IMG/VR virus record: IMGVR_UViG_3300020469_004451
Span: 39,474 to 103,473 of that record
Length of the DNA stretch: 64,000 bases
Strand: one strand, 5' to 3'
Origin: a virus
The translations under genes and the position numbers were made by a program. Positions 29,300 through 39,228 of this stretch are shown one piece after another (position 1 is the stretch's first letter; each line of letters begins with the position of its first letter). Under the pieces are notes generated by a model, which searched no databases, was not told where the DNA came from, and was given only the letters and a program-made list of their open reading frames with translations.

Positions 29300-30334
29300 A
29301 TGATTGATAGAGCGTCTATTTTAAGAGAAATAGGATACAATCTTGAGGATAGAGGAACCTATTGGCAGACAAGTGCTATCTTTCGAGATGGAGACAATAA
29401 AACCGCTCTTAGAATTTATAAAGACTCTGGAGTATGGAGCGATTTTGTGGAAGGTAACAAGCCTTTGCCATTTGAAATACTGCTAAAAAAAACTTTAAAT
29501 ACCAACGATGTTTCTAAATATCTAAGTGGCACTACCTCATTTTCAACAAATAACAAAAAGGAATTTTTGAAAGAAGAAAAGACATTCCCAAACTCAAGTC
29601 TGCAAAAACTATTGCCAGATTATTCTTTTTACATAAACAGGGGCATTTCTACCGAAGTTCTAAAAGAGTATAAATCAGGTCTTGCAAGTAGCGGAAAGTT
29701 TTACCAGAGGGTCGTTTTTCCTATTCACAGAGAAGATGGGCGCATTCATGGCTTCTCTGGTCGATTGGGCTATGAACCAGCAAACGATGACGCTAGACCG
29801 AAGTGGTTGCACTACGGTAAAAGCGCAGACTGGTTTTACCCATTCTTTTCTTTAGAAGGTGTTGCCGATCAAATAATTAAAGAAAATTCAATTTTTGTTA
29901 TTGAAAGCATTGGTGATTCTTTGGCTATGACCCAACAGGGCATGAGGAATCATATGGTTGCTTTTACAAACGTCTTAAACACAAGACAAGTATCTCGCCT
30001 AGCTACTTTAAATACTAATATTATATTAGCGTTTAACAATGATGAAGGGCAGAACAGGGGTTTTGACGGTGCGTTGTCTTCTTGCTTGAAGCTTATGGAT
30101 CAAGTCGATCTAGAAAAAATTTGGTTTTACCCACCTCCAGCAGAGGATTTTGGAGAAATAATTAAAAATGGAGGTAATTTAAAAGAATACCAACAAAACT
30201 TAAATTTAAATTCAGATTTTCATAAAGACTGTATAAAGAGGTTGATAGACTACGCACCTAACGCTAAGATACCGAAAGGATTACGGACAAAAGTTAGCAA
30301 GCTTAAAAAAGAATGGGCATTTTTATATGGCTGA
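29300..30334 (+). CDS. dnaG: DnaG-type DNA primase
   Basis: RVVFPI...GFSGR...PKW, TOPRIM VIESIGD; directly after dnaB. Confidence 0.85.
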   Translation: MIDRASILREIGYNLEDRGTYWQTSAIFRDGDNKTALRIYKDSGVWSDFVEGNKPLPFEILLKKTLNTNDVSKYLSGTTSFSTNNKKEFLKEEKTFPNSSLQKLLPDYSFYINRGISTEVLKEYKSGLASSGKFYQRVVFPIHREDGRIHGFSGRLGYEPANDDARPKWLHYGKSADWFYPFFSLEGVADQIIKENSIFVIESIGDSLAMTQQGMRNHMVAFTNVLNTRQVSRLATLNTNIILAFNNDEGQNRGFDGALSSCLKLMDQVDLEKIWFYPPPAEDFGEIIKNGGNLKEYQQNLNLNSDFHKDCIKRLIDYAPNAKIPKGLRTKVSKLKKEWAFLYG

Positions 30335-31532
30335 TACAACAAGACCCATCAAAGCCTTATCTGCGAGTAGAATAAAAACACTAGACTCTTGCAGTTGGAT
30401 TTATTGGTGCAATTATCATTTAAACCTTCCCGATCAGCAGAACAGCGGTTCGATCATGGGAAGCGCATTGCATAATGTTTATGAGTGTTTAGGCAACCCT
30501 AGACACAAAAAGTTATATAATCAGCTAGTCAAAGGGCAATGTATGGAATCATGCCCTGTTGTGCATAGATACCTTTCTTCTTACATTACAAATAGAGGTT
30601 TAACATTAGAAGAGTTTGGTTCGATCTTGGACAAGATGTTAATTGAAGGAATTAACTATGATTTTTTCGGAGAGCAAAAGTTAAACGCAAAGCCAAGCGA
30701 GTCTTTTTCTGAAATAGATTTCAATATTGAAAAAGTAGAAGGAGATATCTCTTATCGAATCAGAGGCTTTATTGATAAATTATTCTTGTTTAAAGAGAAG
30801 AAAGAGTCAATTATCCGTGACTTTAAAAGCTCTAAAAGAAAATTTGAAGGCAAGGAGTTTATTGATAATGTTCAAGATTTAATGTATAGGCTTGCTCAGT
30901 GGCATTTATATCCAGAATATTTAGTTAAGAGAATGGAGTTTGTTTTTATGCAATACGACTGTTCGGGTGAAGAATATGGAAGAACAGAGCAAGAAGAGAA
31001 AAGGAGACTAAAAGAAAAAGGTAGCTCTCTTAACATTGATTACAGTGATGCAGGTGTTATTATTACACCTGATGTAACAGCAGCAGAATTAAAAGGGTTT
31101 GAGTATTATTTAACAGATGTTCAAAAAGTTATTGATAACTTTAACGAAGACCTAGCAAGAGACAACTTTGCAAAAGACAAAGGCTATCCTGATAAATATT
31201 ATGGCTTTTCGGGTCAATTAATTTGTGGTCGAGCAGACTCTCCAACACACAAGAAAAAAGACGGCTCTATCATGTGGGGTTGTCAATATAAGTTTGCTAA
31301 ATTCTATTGGGCGATTTGTGATGAAGACGGTTCTGTTATCAAAACTTCTGATTTAAAAAAGGAGCTTCCTAAGCCGACAAAGGGACAGAAAATAGAAAGA
31401 AAATTTTATGAAGGCTGTCCTAAGTATCAGTTCCTTGATTATAATAAAGATATAGCGAAAAAAGCTGCCGACAAAGGACTATCAGAAAAAAAACAACTAA
31501 AGGATATTGACTTTAGCGAAGACCTATGGTAA
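30327..31532 (+). CDS. PD-(D/E)XK exonuclease, Cas4/AddB-like
   Basis: LSASRIKTLDSC, G.ALH, RGFIDKL, IRDFKS, Q..MY, C-terminal cysteines. Confidence 0.8.
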   Translation: MADTTRPIKALSASRIKTLDSCSWIYWCNYHLNLPDQQNSGSIMGSALHNVYECLGNPRHKKLYNQLVKGQCMESCPVVHRYLSSYITNRGLTLEEFGSILDKMLIEGINYDFFGEQKLNAKPSESFSEIDFNIEKVEGDISYRIRGFIDKLFLFKEKKESIIRDFKSSKRKFEGKEFIDNVQDLMYRLAQWHLYPEYLVKRMEFVFMQYDCSGEEYGRTEQEEKRRLKEKGSSLNIDYSDAGVIITPDVTAAELKGFEYYLTDVQKVIDNFNEDLARDNFAKDKGYPDKYYGFSGQLICGRADSPTHKKKDGSIMWGCQYKFAKFYWAICDEDGSVIKTSDLKKELPKPTKGQKIERKFYEGCPKYQFLDYNKDIAKKAADKGLSEKKQLKDIDFSEDLW

Positions 31533-31542
31533 CATCATTATA

Positions 31543-32220
31543 ATGATTCCATTATTTAAATCGCATTTTTCAATGGACGGGCGTTCAAGCCTTTCTTTCG
31601 AAAAAATTTTTGAGATTGGCAAAGATTTAGACGAGATCGTTCTTGTGGAGGATTCTATGGCTGGCTTTAGAAAAGCCAAACAAAAGTCTTTTGAATTAGA
31701 AAAGCCATTACGTTTTGGCCTTAGAGTCGAGACAAAGCTCTGTGGCGATTCTAGTAAGCTTATTTTCTTTGCAAAAGACAATCAAGGAATTGATACTTTA
31801 AGAAGAATTTATACAAACGCTTTTACTGGAGAAGATAAAGCTTTTAAGATTGGAGAGGTTGAGTTAAACGGTGTGCAGGTAGCTGTTCCATTTTATGATT
31901 CCTTTATACATAGAAGTCTACATAATTTTGGAGACTTCAGTATCAACCTGCCTGATGATGCAGTATTCTTTGAAGAAAGCAATAGACACCCCTTCGACTA
32001 TCAAATTTCAAGGGCTATAAAAAAATGGACAGATAAAGCTGTGTCAGTCAAATCTATTTTCTACCAAAACAAGGAAGACTTTCCTTCTTTTCAATGGTAT
32101 AAGTCTGTGTGCAACAGAAGACAAGGTAAGTCTCCAGAATTTCATAATCCTAATCTAGAAGATTTTTGTAGCGATGAATTTTGTTGGGAAAGCTACCAAA
32201 AACAAAATAAGATATGCTAA
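31543..32220 (+). CDS. Stand-alone PHP domain of DNA polymerase III alpha
   Basis: KSHFS..G, LVEDSMAG, FGL, FFAKDNQG..L mirror the DnaE PHP; ATG 31543 preferred because TTG 31507 is the -35 box. Confidence 0.75.
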   Translation: MIPLFKSHFSMDGRSSLSFEKIFEIGKDLDEIVLVEDSMAGFRKAKQKSFELEKPLRFGLRVETKLCGDSSKLIFFAKDNQGIDTLRRIYTNAFTGEDKAFKIGEVELNGVQVAVPFYDSFIHRSLHNFGDFSINLPDDAVFFEESNRHPFDYQISRAIKKWTDKAVSVKSIFYQNKEDFPSFQWYKSVCNRRQGKSPEFHNPNLEDFCSDEFCWESYQKQNKIC

Positions 32221-32834
32221 AATTTGATCAACTGTATTTCCTTTTTGATACTGAAACTGAAGGATTAAATCACAAGTCTTCACGACCTTGGGAGGTATCT
32301 TTTGTTATCGGCAAAGGTAATTACATAGTCGAGAAAAAACAGATTTATATTGATTGGCCTGACTTGGAGTTATCTAGTAAGATTAAAAAACTCACTGGTT
32401 TCGATCAAGGTAAATACGACAGAGAAAAAGTATCACCTAAACAAGCATTTGAAATAGTAAAAAAGTATCTATATAACCCTAAGTATATGATCGTAGGCCA
32501 AAACATTATTGGATTCGATGTATATATTACAGCTATTCTTTCTGAACTATGTGGTGAACCCATTACTGATTTTTCATTTATGGATAGACTGCTTGACACT
32601 CGTTGTCTTTCCACTGCTCACAAAGAAGGTTTGGAGAAACCTAGAAATGGAGAGTTGCTTAGTTGGCAATATAAGTTAAGAAATGACCGGACTCTAAAGG
32701 CTAAAGTTAGCCAAGGCGTTATGTTGAAATATTTTGGTATCGAACACGATGCTACCAAGCTTCACGATGGACTTTATGATAGCGAAAAATGTTGGGAGTT
32801 ATTTAAGTGCCTAAGAAAAGCTTTAGAATTATAA
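32214..32834 (+). CDS. DEDDh 3'-5' proofreading exonuclease (DnaQ-like)
   Basis: FDTETEG, QNIIGFD, LDT, LHDGLYD. Confidence 0.88.
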   Translation: MLKFDQLYFLFDTETEGLNHKSSRPWEVSFVIGKGNYIVEKKQIYIDWPDLELSSKIKKLTGFDQGKYDREKVSPKQAFEIVKKYLYNPKYMIVGQNIIGFDVYITAILSELCGEPITDFSFMDRLLDTRCLSTAHKEGLEKPRNGELLSWQYKLRNDRTLKAKVSQGVMLKYFGIEHDATKLHDGLYDSEKCWELFKCLRKALEL

Positions 32835-32838
32835 ATAC

Positions 32839-35370
32839 ATGTTTGACGATTTTAAAATATACGATGATTGTGAACCCGCTGGTCTTGAGCTTCCTACAAT
32901 TCAGTTAGAACCAGATTTGCTTTCTGATCTAGAACTCACAAAAGAATGCGGATCTAAAGAAGTCTTATCGGCTTTGTCAGAAAAGGGCTTCAAGGATAGA
33001 GGGATCGGCGATCTTCCTAATAAAGAAGAATACAGGGATAGACTTGAGTATGAGCTAAATACTTTTGAAGAGCTTGGCTTTACAGATTACATTCTTTTGA
33101 ATTGGGAGGTCATTGGAAGAGCTAGAGAAAGCGGATACCCCGTGGGTGACGGGCGGGGCAGTGGAGCGGGTAGTCTCGTTCTTTTTCTTTTGGGAGTAAC
33201 AAACCAAGACCCGATAGAACACAATTTGTTCTTTGAGAGATTTGTTTCTAAAAACAGAGCTAAAAAAATTACAGACAAACATGGCAAAGAGTTTCTTGTT
33301 GGATCTCTAGCTCCAGATGTTGATTCGGATATTTCTCACGATACCAGAGGTAAAGTGGTTGAGTTTATCGAAAAAAAACACAAGGGCCGCACTTCTAAAA
33401 TCCTTACATTTAACACTTTTTCATCTAAGCTCTGTATCAAAGAAGCGGCAAAATATTTTTATTCTATTGAAGAAGAGGAGGCTACTAAGATTAGCGATAT
33501 GATACCAAAAGAACATGGTATCGTTATGTCTTTGAAGAGAGCGCGTGAAGAAAGCGAGCCTTTCGACAACTGGTGTTCAGACCACCCAAAGGCTATTCAA
33601 GCCGCTCTCAAGATAGAAGGATTAAATAAAAATACTGGTGTTCACCCATCTGGCATAGCTATTTGTTCTCAAGCTATTGATAATGTTGTCCCATTGCAGC
33701 GAACTAAGGACGGTGATCTGGTTTCGGGATATGACATGAATGATGTAGCAGACTTAATGGTTAAGTTTGACATATTGGGTTTGAGAACTTTGTCTATTGC
33801 TGATAGAACTTGTAAGAAAATAGGTATTAGCTTTGACGATATTGATCCTAACGACCCTTTTATTTATCAAGTATTGCAAGACTTCAATCATCCTTGTGGG
33901 CTGTTTCAAATTTCCGCTGACACAAACTTTGAAGTAGCAAGGAAAGTAAAGCCGATGAACTTGCAAGAGTTGTCAGATGTTGTGGCGTTAGCGCGACCCG
34001 CTGCATTGCAATTTGTAGCAGATTACGTCCAACAAAAACATATACCAGAGAAGCTTGGGTATAATGAACAGTTGGATGAAATTTTAGCTTCGTCAAAAAA
34101 TGTCATGCTTTACCAAGAGCAAACAATGAAAGCTTGTCACGAAGTTTTTGGCATGAGTTTGGATGATGCAGAAACTCTTAGAAGAGACATCGGCAAAAAG
34201 AAAGTTGAAGAAATACCGAAGTGGCAGAATAGAATTTTTGAAGCAGCAGAAAAGAATGGTATTAGCGAAGAAGCCGCACAATACTTTTGGGACGTTGTTG
34301 AAGCTGGAGCATCTTATCAGTTCAACTTGTCTCACAGTATTTGTTACGGTGCGCTTGCAGCGAAGACAGTTTGGTTGAAATACAAATACCCACAAGAATT
34401 CTTTACTTCTATTCTAGAAATATCTGAATTTGAGCAAGACCCATTGGAGGTAGTTGCAGAAGTTAACAGGGAACTTCCTTCTTTTAATATCAAACTACTA
34501 CCCCCTAATTTAGAGCAGTCTTCTATCAATTTTACAATTGAAGACGGAAATATTCGTTATGGGCTTAAATCAATTAAAGGTGTTTCTGATAATACAAAAA
34601 AGGCATTAGAAGAATTTGTGACTCTGCAACCTAGAAATAAATACGATGTTTTTGCTTACGCCAAGCAGTGTGGAATTAACATAGGCGTTCTTAGCTCTCT
34701 AATTTACGCTGGTGCATTAGGAAATGACAATAGGGCTAAGAAAGCTTTGGAGGCTCAAGCTTATAACAAGCTGACAGAGGCGCAGCAGAGAAACTTATAT
34801 AAACTTGGAGAGAAGTATAAATATGATTTACTGTTTTCGATTAAAGATGCAGTAGAGAGAGAAACCAAGGGCGATAACAATCGTGTTATCATGTCTCAAA
34901 AGAACTTTGATAACTTCAAGAAAAAGTTTGAGCCTTATAAAGAGCTTTATATTTTAAATAGAGAACAAGGTAGACTTTCCTTGTGGTGGTTTGAAAAAGA
35001 ATTACTAGGATATAGCTTTTCATTCGACTTGATAGATTGTTTTAATCAGTCGGGCGACTTAATTACTGTAGAAGAATTTAAAAAAGAAACTCCAGATAGT
35101 TGGCGCATGGTTTGTCAGGTAGATGACTTTTTTATTAAAATCAGTCAGAATGGTAATAGATACATGAGGATGTCCCTTTCTGATGATAGCGCAAAAGTTG
35201 ATATGATTTTTTGCGACTCTGCTAGAGAAGAGAAGTTGACAAATTTCTTAAATGAGCATAAAATAGATAAGAAGGATATTGTTGTTATTCAAGGTAGTGG
35301 CAAATGGATAAGTAGGATAAATCCTATTGATGCCAAAGTTTATACCAAGACGCGACAGCTAAAAGGATAG
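32839..35370 (+). CDS. dnaE: DNA polymerase III alpha catalytic core (lacks PHP domain)
   Basis: GRGSGAGS, FERF, PDVDSD, KFDILGL, YQEQ, FNLSHS, IRYGL..IKG, C-terminal OB fold. Confidence 0.93.
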   Translation: MFDDFKIYDDCEPAGLELPTIQLEPDLLSDLELTKECGSKEVLSALSEKGFKDRGIGDLPNKEEYRDRLEYELNTFEELGFTDYILLNWEVIGRARESGYPVGDGRGSGAGSLVLFLLGVTNQDPIEHNLFFERFVSKNRAKKITDKHGKEFLVGSLAPDVDSDISHDTRGKVVEFIEKKHKGRTSKILTFNTFSSKLCIKEAAKYFYSIEEEEATKISDMIPKEHGIVMSLKRAREESEPFDNWCSDHPKAIQAALKIEGLNKNTGVHPSGIAICSQAIDNVVPLQRTKDGDLVSGYDMNDVADLMVKFDILGLRTLSIADRTCKKIGISFDDIDPNDPFIYQVLQDFNHPCGLFQISADTNFEVARKVKPMNLQELSDVVALARPAALQFVADYVQQKHIPEKLGYNEQLDEILASSKNVMLYQEQTMKACHEVFGMSLDDAETLRRDIGKKKVEEIPKWQNRIFEAAEKNGISEEAAQYFWDVVEAGASYQFNLSHSICYGALAAKTVWLKYKYPQEFFTSILEISEFEQDPLEVVAEVNRELPSFNIKLLPPNLEQSSINFTIEDGNIRYGLKSIKGVSDNTKKALEEFVTLQPRNKYDVFAYAKQCGINIGVLSSLIYAGALGNDNRAKKALEAQAYNKLTEAQQRNLYKLGEKYKYDLLFSIKDAVERETKGDNNRVIMSQKNFDNFKKKFEPYKELYILNREQGRLSLWWFEKELLGYSFSFDLIDCFNQSGDLITVEEFKKETPDSWRMVCQVDDFFIKISQNGNRYMRMSLSDDSAKVDMIFCDSAREEKLTNFLNEHKIDKKDIVVIQGSGKWISRINPIDAKVYTKTRQLKG

Positions 35371-35371
35371 T

Positions 35372-37468
35372 ATGCAGAACTCAAAAGACTTAGAGTATAT
35401 TCTGAATCGTTGCTCAGAAAGAGCCAAAGTCTTAAATAGACCATATGTTTGTCTAGACATAGTTTTCAATGAATTAATAAATAGTAGGTGCGCCTCCGTA
35501 GAGTCTATTTTTAGAGCCTTGAGCTTGGATGTTTTGGAGATAGCTTTAGTTTCCGTATTGTATTGTGCAGAGAAGAAGACTTCCAAAAACCCTTCTGGAA
35601 AATTTAACCGTGACTGTAAAGATTTGTTTGACCGTATGGAAGAACTTAGGGTTGAATTAGAGCAAGAAGATAATACTCCAGAATTACTTTTATTAGCTTT
35701 TTTCTGTTTTGACAAAAAAAGCAATGTCATTAAATTCTTCGATGAAGCTGGATTAAATTTCGAGACAGTAAGATCGCAAACACAATCTTTCATAACGGAT
35801 TGTCCATTTACAAAAACAAACTTTTTTGAGCATAAAGAGCTTTCTGATTTAGATATAGAAGAAAGCGAGGAAGAAAAAGAAGAAAAAAGTATTCTCGATC
35901 CGCTGAAGCCTAATCCGATTTTGGATAAAGTGGCAACTAATTTAAATCAAAAAGCTTTCGTGGGAGAGTTTGATTCTTTGATACCGTTTGAGGAAAAAAT
36001 CAATGAAGTCATAGTAACTTTATGTAGACAGAAAAAACCTAATGCAATCCTTGTGGGCGCTGCTGGTGGAGGGAAAACTAGCATTGTAGAATCTCTGGCG
36101 AAACAGATTGTGGACAAAGAGGTTCCAGAGATATTGGAAGATATGGTTATCTTTGAGCTACAATTGTCTAGTATTGTTGCGGGGACAAAATACAGGGGAG
36201 AATTTGAAGCGAAACTAGAAGCTTTCTTAAAAGAAGTTACAAAGTATGATAACGTAATTATTTTTATTGATGAGATACATACTTTAGTTGGTGCTGGTGG
36301 AACTGGAACACAAAACGATTTAGATGCGTCTAATATTCTGAAGCCTATGCTGGCAAGAGGTGATATCAAATGTATTGGTGCGACCACTCATTACGAATAT
36401 GAACAAAAAATCAAAACTGATCCAGCTTTGGACAGGCGTTTTGAGAAAGTTGTTGTAGTTCCACCTACAAGATCAAGGGTAGAGAAAATTCTTCCTGATT
36501 TGATATCTTTTTACACAAAATTTCACAAGGTAAAATATACAGATGTCTTTACTACAAAGGTTTTAGACTATTGCGATAAGTTTTTACCTAACAGGGTATA
36601 TCCTGATAAGCTGATTGATGCTTTAGATCATTGTGCGGCATCTGCTAAAATAAAAGGTGCAAAATCGGTATCACAGCCTGAGTTAAAAGCTTTTTTTGGC
36701 AAGAAGCGCGGGATTATTTCAGATAAAGACACTATTAATGATTTGATCAAAGATTTGAATGAAAATCTTATAGGTCATACTGAGGATTTTAAAACCTTTA
36801 AGAACTCGCTACGTAGCCTATCGTCAAGACCGTCAGAATTCAAGAATGCACATCCACCATTCTTTCTTTTTTATGGCTCTGGTCAAACTGGAAAAACTTC
36901 TCTAATTAATATTATAGAGCAATACGCTAAAGGACAAGACGTAGCCACGTTTAGAACAAACGGCAGAAATCTGACAGAGACGCAATGGGTAACAGGATTT
37001 CACGATAAAGCTTATTCTATTAGTCAAAATGTAGCATTATTGAACGTTTCGTTGGTTCTCATTGATGATTTTGATAAAGCAGCTACAAAAGCACAAGAAG
37101 CTGTATTACAAATTGCAAGAGAGAATGAGATAACAATGACTAATGGTGAAACAGTGGATTTTTCAAATACTATTTTTGTATTAACGACAAATCAGAAGTC
37201 TCAACCCAAACGACTTGGATTTAATGAGGGCGGGGAGGACAAAGCTCTGCCAGTTTTAGATGATGCTCTAAAAAATTTCTGCTTTGAACAAATTAATTTA
37301 AAAACAATTTCTAAGCGAGATTTGAAGATTTTATTAACCAAAAGGTTAAAAATATCGCCATTTATAAAGGATTTTGATAAAGTTAATAAAATTATCAAAG
37401 ATAATTTTGATAAAAAAGATTTTATTCGTATTTCTAAAAAAGAGCTAGAAAAAATTATTTTTAAATAG
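35372..37468 (+). CDS. ClpA/ClpC-like AAA+ ATPase
   Basis: GAAGGGKT, AGTKYRGEFE, FIDEIHT, CIGATT..EY, DPALDRRF, second P-loop GSGQTGKT, VDFSNT. Confidence 0.9.
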   Translation: MQNSKDLEYILNRCSERAKVLNRPYVCLDIVFNELINSRCASVESIFRALSLDVLEIALVSVLYCAEKKTSKNPSGKFNRDCKDLFDRMEELRVELEQEDNTPELLLLAFFCFDKKSNVIKFFDEAGLNFETVRSQTQSFITDCPFTKTNFFEHKELSDLDIEESEEEKEEKSILDPLKPNPILDKVATNLNQKAFVGEFDSLIPFEEKINEVIVTLCRQKKPNAILVGAAGGGKTSIVESLAKQIVDKEVPEILEDMVIFELQLSSIVAGTKYRGEFEAKLEAFLKEVTKYDNVIIFIDEIHTLVGAGGTGTQNDLDASNILKPMLARGDIKCIGATTHYEYEQKIKTDPALDRRFEKVVVVPPTRSRVEKILPDLISFYTKFHKVKYTDVFTTKVLDYCDKFLPNRVYPDKLIDALDHCAASAKIKGAKSVSQPELKAFFGKKRGIISDKDTINDLIKDLNENLIGHTEDFKTFKNSLRSLSSRPSEFKNAHPPFFLFYGSGQTGKTSLINIIEQYAKGQDVATFRTNGRNLTETQWVTGFHDKAYSISQNVALLNVSLVLIDDFDKAATKAQEAVLQIARENEITMTNGETVDFSNTIFVLTTNQKSQPKRLGFNEGGEDKALPVLDDALKNFCFEQINLKTISKRDLKILLTKRLKISPFIKDFDKVNKIIKDNFDKKDFIRISKKELEKIIFK

Positions 37469-37490
37469 ATTACCGTGTAAAATCTGATAC

Positions 37491-38123
37491 ATGGTTTCAA
37501 AAAAAGAGAACAAAGGGCTAAAATCTTGGAAGGCTATTTTTCTCGCAATTTCACTTGCTATAATTTCTAGTGGAATAGTTCCCGCTTTTATAGGTTTTTT
37601 GACCAAGGTTTACGAGATAGAAAAAAGTGCAGAGCCTGTTTCTCACTTAAATCTAAAAACAACCGCACTTATCTATAACTCTATGGTTGAAATGCAGACC
37701 TCAGTTGGAGCAGATAGCGTTGTTTTGCTGAAAGCACACAATTCTGGTAGTCCTATTCCAAATAAATCTACTATTGTTGCGGAAGTTTTTGATGCCAACG
37801 AAACATCTTCGATCTTTAATCTTTGGCAATCTCAACCTTTAGACAGGCATTATGTAACTTTATTAGAAGACCTCCTTGCCTCAAGAAGAACAAAGATTAC
37901 CACAGGAGAGATTGAAGGCTCTTCTATACTTAAAAATATTTACTTGAGTTCTGAAATAGTGGAATCAGATATACATTATCTTGGAGCGGACGAGGATAAT
38001 ATTTATTACTTGTCGATTGGTTTTACAAGCGATATTAATTTTGACCCCAAATACGAAACTGTGACTAGGGCTGCGACAGAGAGAATCAAGGGATACATGA
38101 GAGACATGGGGGCTTTTAAATGA
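37491..38123 (+). CDS. Membrane-anchored protein with GAF-like domain (possible T4 gpT-like holin)
   Basis: Single N-terminal hydrophobic helix, then a GADSV.L motif typical of GAF folds. Confidence 0.4.
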   Translation: MVSKKENKGLKSWKAIFLAISLAIISSGIVPAFIGFLTKVYEIEKSAEPVSHLNLKTTALIYNSMVEMQTSVGADSVVLLKAHNSGSPIPNKSTIVAEVFDANETSSIFNLWQSQPLDRHYVTLLEDLLASRRTKITTGEIEGSSILKNIYLSSEIVESDIHYLGADEDNIYYLSIGFTSDINFDPKYETVTRAATERIKGYMRDMGAFK

Positions 38124-38404
38124 CCTTGGCAAGCTGCATACTTATGGCGTTACTTAGCTTTGTGGCGGCGAGCCAAGCGATTGCAGAGACTTACAAAAGA
38201 GATTCTTTCTTTAGAATATTCTTAATATGGAACCTTGCTTGTTTGGTATCTGTTTTGATGTCTTTTAAGATATATCAGAGGGTAAATGAAGATGCTGCAA
38301 CAATATTGGATGTAGGATCAGAATCTTTGTTTCTTATTTTAGCAATTTCATATTTATATCATACTATTGTTGACAATTTCTGCAAAGACATAAAAAAAGG
38401 GTGA
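38120..38404 (+). CDS. Small membrane protein (3 hydrophobic segments)
   Basis: Hydropathy by eye; ATGA overlap. Confidence 0.55.
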   Translation: MTLASCILMALLSFVAASQAIAETYKRDSFFRIFLIWNLACLVSVLMSFKIYQRVNEDAATILDVGSESLFLILAISYLYHTIVDNFCKDIKKG

Positions 38405-38429
38405 CGAATAATCGCCACCCCTTTATTTT
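38392..38429. terminator. Bidirectional intrinsic terminator
   Basis: AAGGGTG...CACCCTT stem flanked by A and T runs between convergent genes. Confidence 0.7.
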
Positions 38430-38455
38430 GTAACCTTCGTTTTATTATTTTTAAA

Positions 38456-38680
38456 TTACTTAAAACGGAGAGTTTTTCCTCCAACTGAGAGAGAACCAAT
38501 CGACGCTTTCGCAAATTTGCGGTTGACCCTTGCGTTGCGATCAAGGACGGTAATATACTCGTTAGAGCAGCTTACAAGTTGAGCATTGATAGTCTCTCCC
38601 TGCTTTGTGACAAGTCCGAAGAATCGTCCCTTCAGATTTGACAGACTATTATCTAGACGTTTGTTTGATGTAGTATTCAT
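38456..38680 (-). CDS. Hypothetical small beta-barrel protein
   Basis: 74-aa ORF with its own TTGATT-N16-TATAAT promoter (38689-38716). Confidence 0.65.
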   Translation of the reverse strand: MNTTSNKRLDNSLSNLKGRFFGLVTKQGETINAQLVSCSNEYITVLDRNARVNRKFAKASIGSLSVGGKTLRFK

Positions 38681-38785
38681 ACGGGATGATTATATCGTAT
38701 TTGTATCAAAAATCAAGTAATTTTTTCTTAAAAAAAAGATGGATTTTCCGGTTGTAGTTCTCAAAAAATGTGTCATAATATGTTA

Positions 38786-38935
38786 ATGAGTGGAAAGACC
38801 GCAAAACGGATCAGAAAGAAAGCAGGGCTGAACGATCAACCAGAAAGCCCTGTCCTTAGAAGGATTTATAGACGTTTAAAAAAACAATACAACAAACTTC
38901 CTTCACCACAAAAAGCCAATTTTTTTAAAGTATGA
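38786..38935 (+). CDS. Small basic hypothetical protein (49 aa, not in ORF track)
   Basis: MSGKTAKRIRKKAG...RRIYRRLKKQY; ATGA overlap with the next gene. Confidence 0.6.
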   Translation: MSGKTAKRIRKKAGLNDQPESPVLRRIYRRLKKQYNKLPSPQKANFFKV

Positions 38936-39186
38936 GTGATACAAACGACTGGAAAGAAAGAGAGGCGGGAGCATTTTGGTCCCGCGAAAAGAACGGTGGC
39001 GAAAAATACCTCACGGGGTATGTTGAAGTCAACGGAGAAAGAGTTCAACTTGTTGCATTCCGCAATAAGTTCAAGCAAGATGGTGAGAATACTCCCGATC
39101 TTCGTGTTTATCTAGATAACCGCGATACGGAAGCTTCAAATTCATCGAGCGCAAAGAAGGTGCAAGAAGACCCTCTTCCCATCTAA
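38932..39186 (+). CDS. DUF736-like protein
   Basis: GAFW......YLTG.V......N.......PD.RVY pattern; tail ends EDPLPI. Confidence 0.65.
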   Translation: MSDTNDWKEREAGAFWSREKNGGEKYLTGYVEVNGERVQLVAFRNKFKQDGENTPDLRVYLDNRDTEASNSSSAKKVQEDPLPI

Positions 39187-39195
39187 TTCGGAAGG

Positions 39196-39223
39196 CGACC
39201 CCTTTTTCGGAGGGGGTCGCTTT
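39196..39223 (+). terminator. Hairpin/terminator
   Basis: GCGACCCC...GGGGTCGC stem after the stop codon. Confidence 0.55.
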
Positions 39224-39228
39224 AAAAC

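Noticed and set aside
30327-31532. Cas4 as evidence of a CRISPR-Cas system
   Set aside because: Solo Cas4/AddB-like nucleases are common in phage replication modules; no cas1/cas2 or array is present
7231-35370. Inteins or introns in nrdA, recA, dnaB or dnaE
   Set aside because: Lengths are normal or short, and no splice-junction or LAGLIDADG motifs are visible
1901-37500. Numerous antisense or out-of-frame ORFs inside long genes (e.g. 1901-2248, 5435-5779, 10054-10398, 35359-35793, 35947-36387)
   Set aside because: Shadow ORFs of well-supported genes, with no motifs or expression signals
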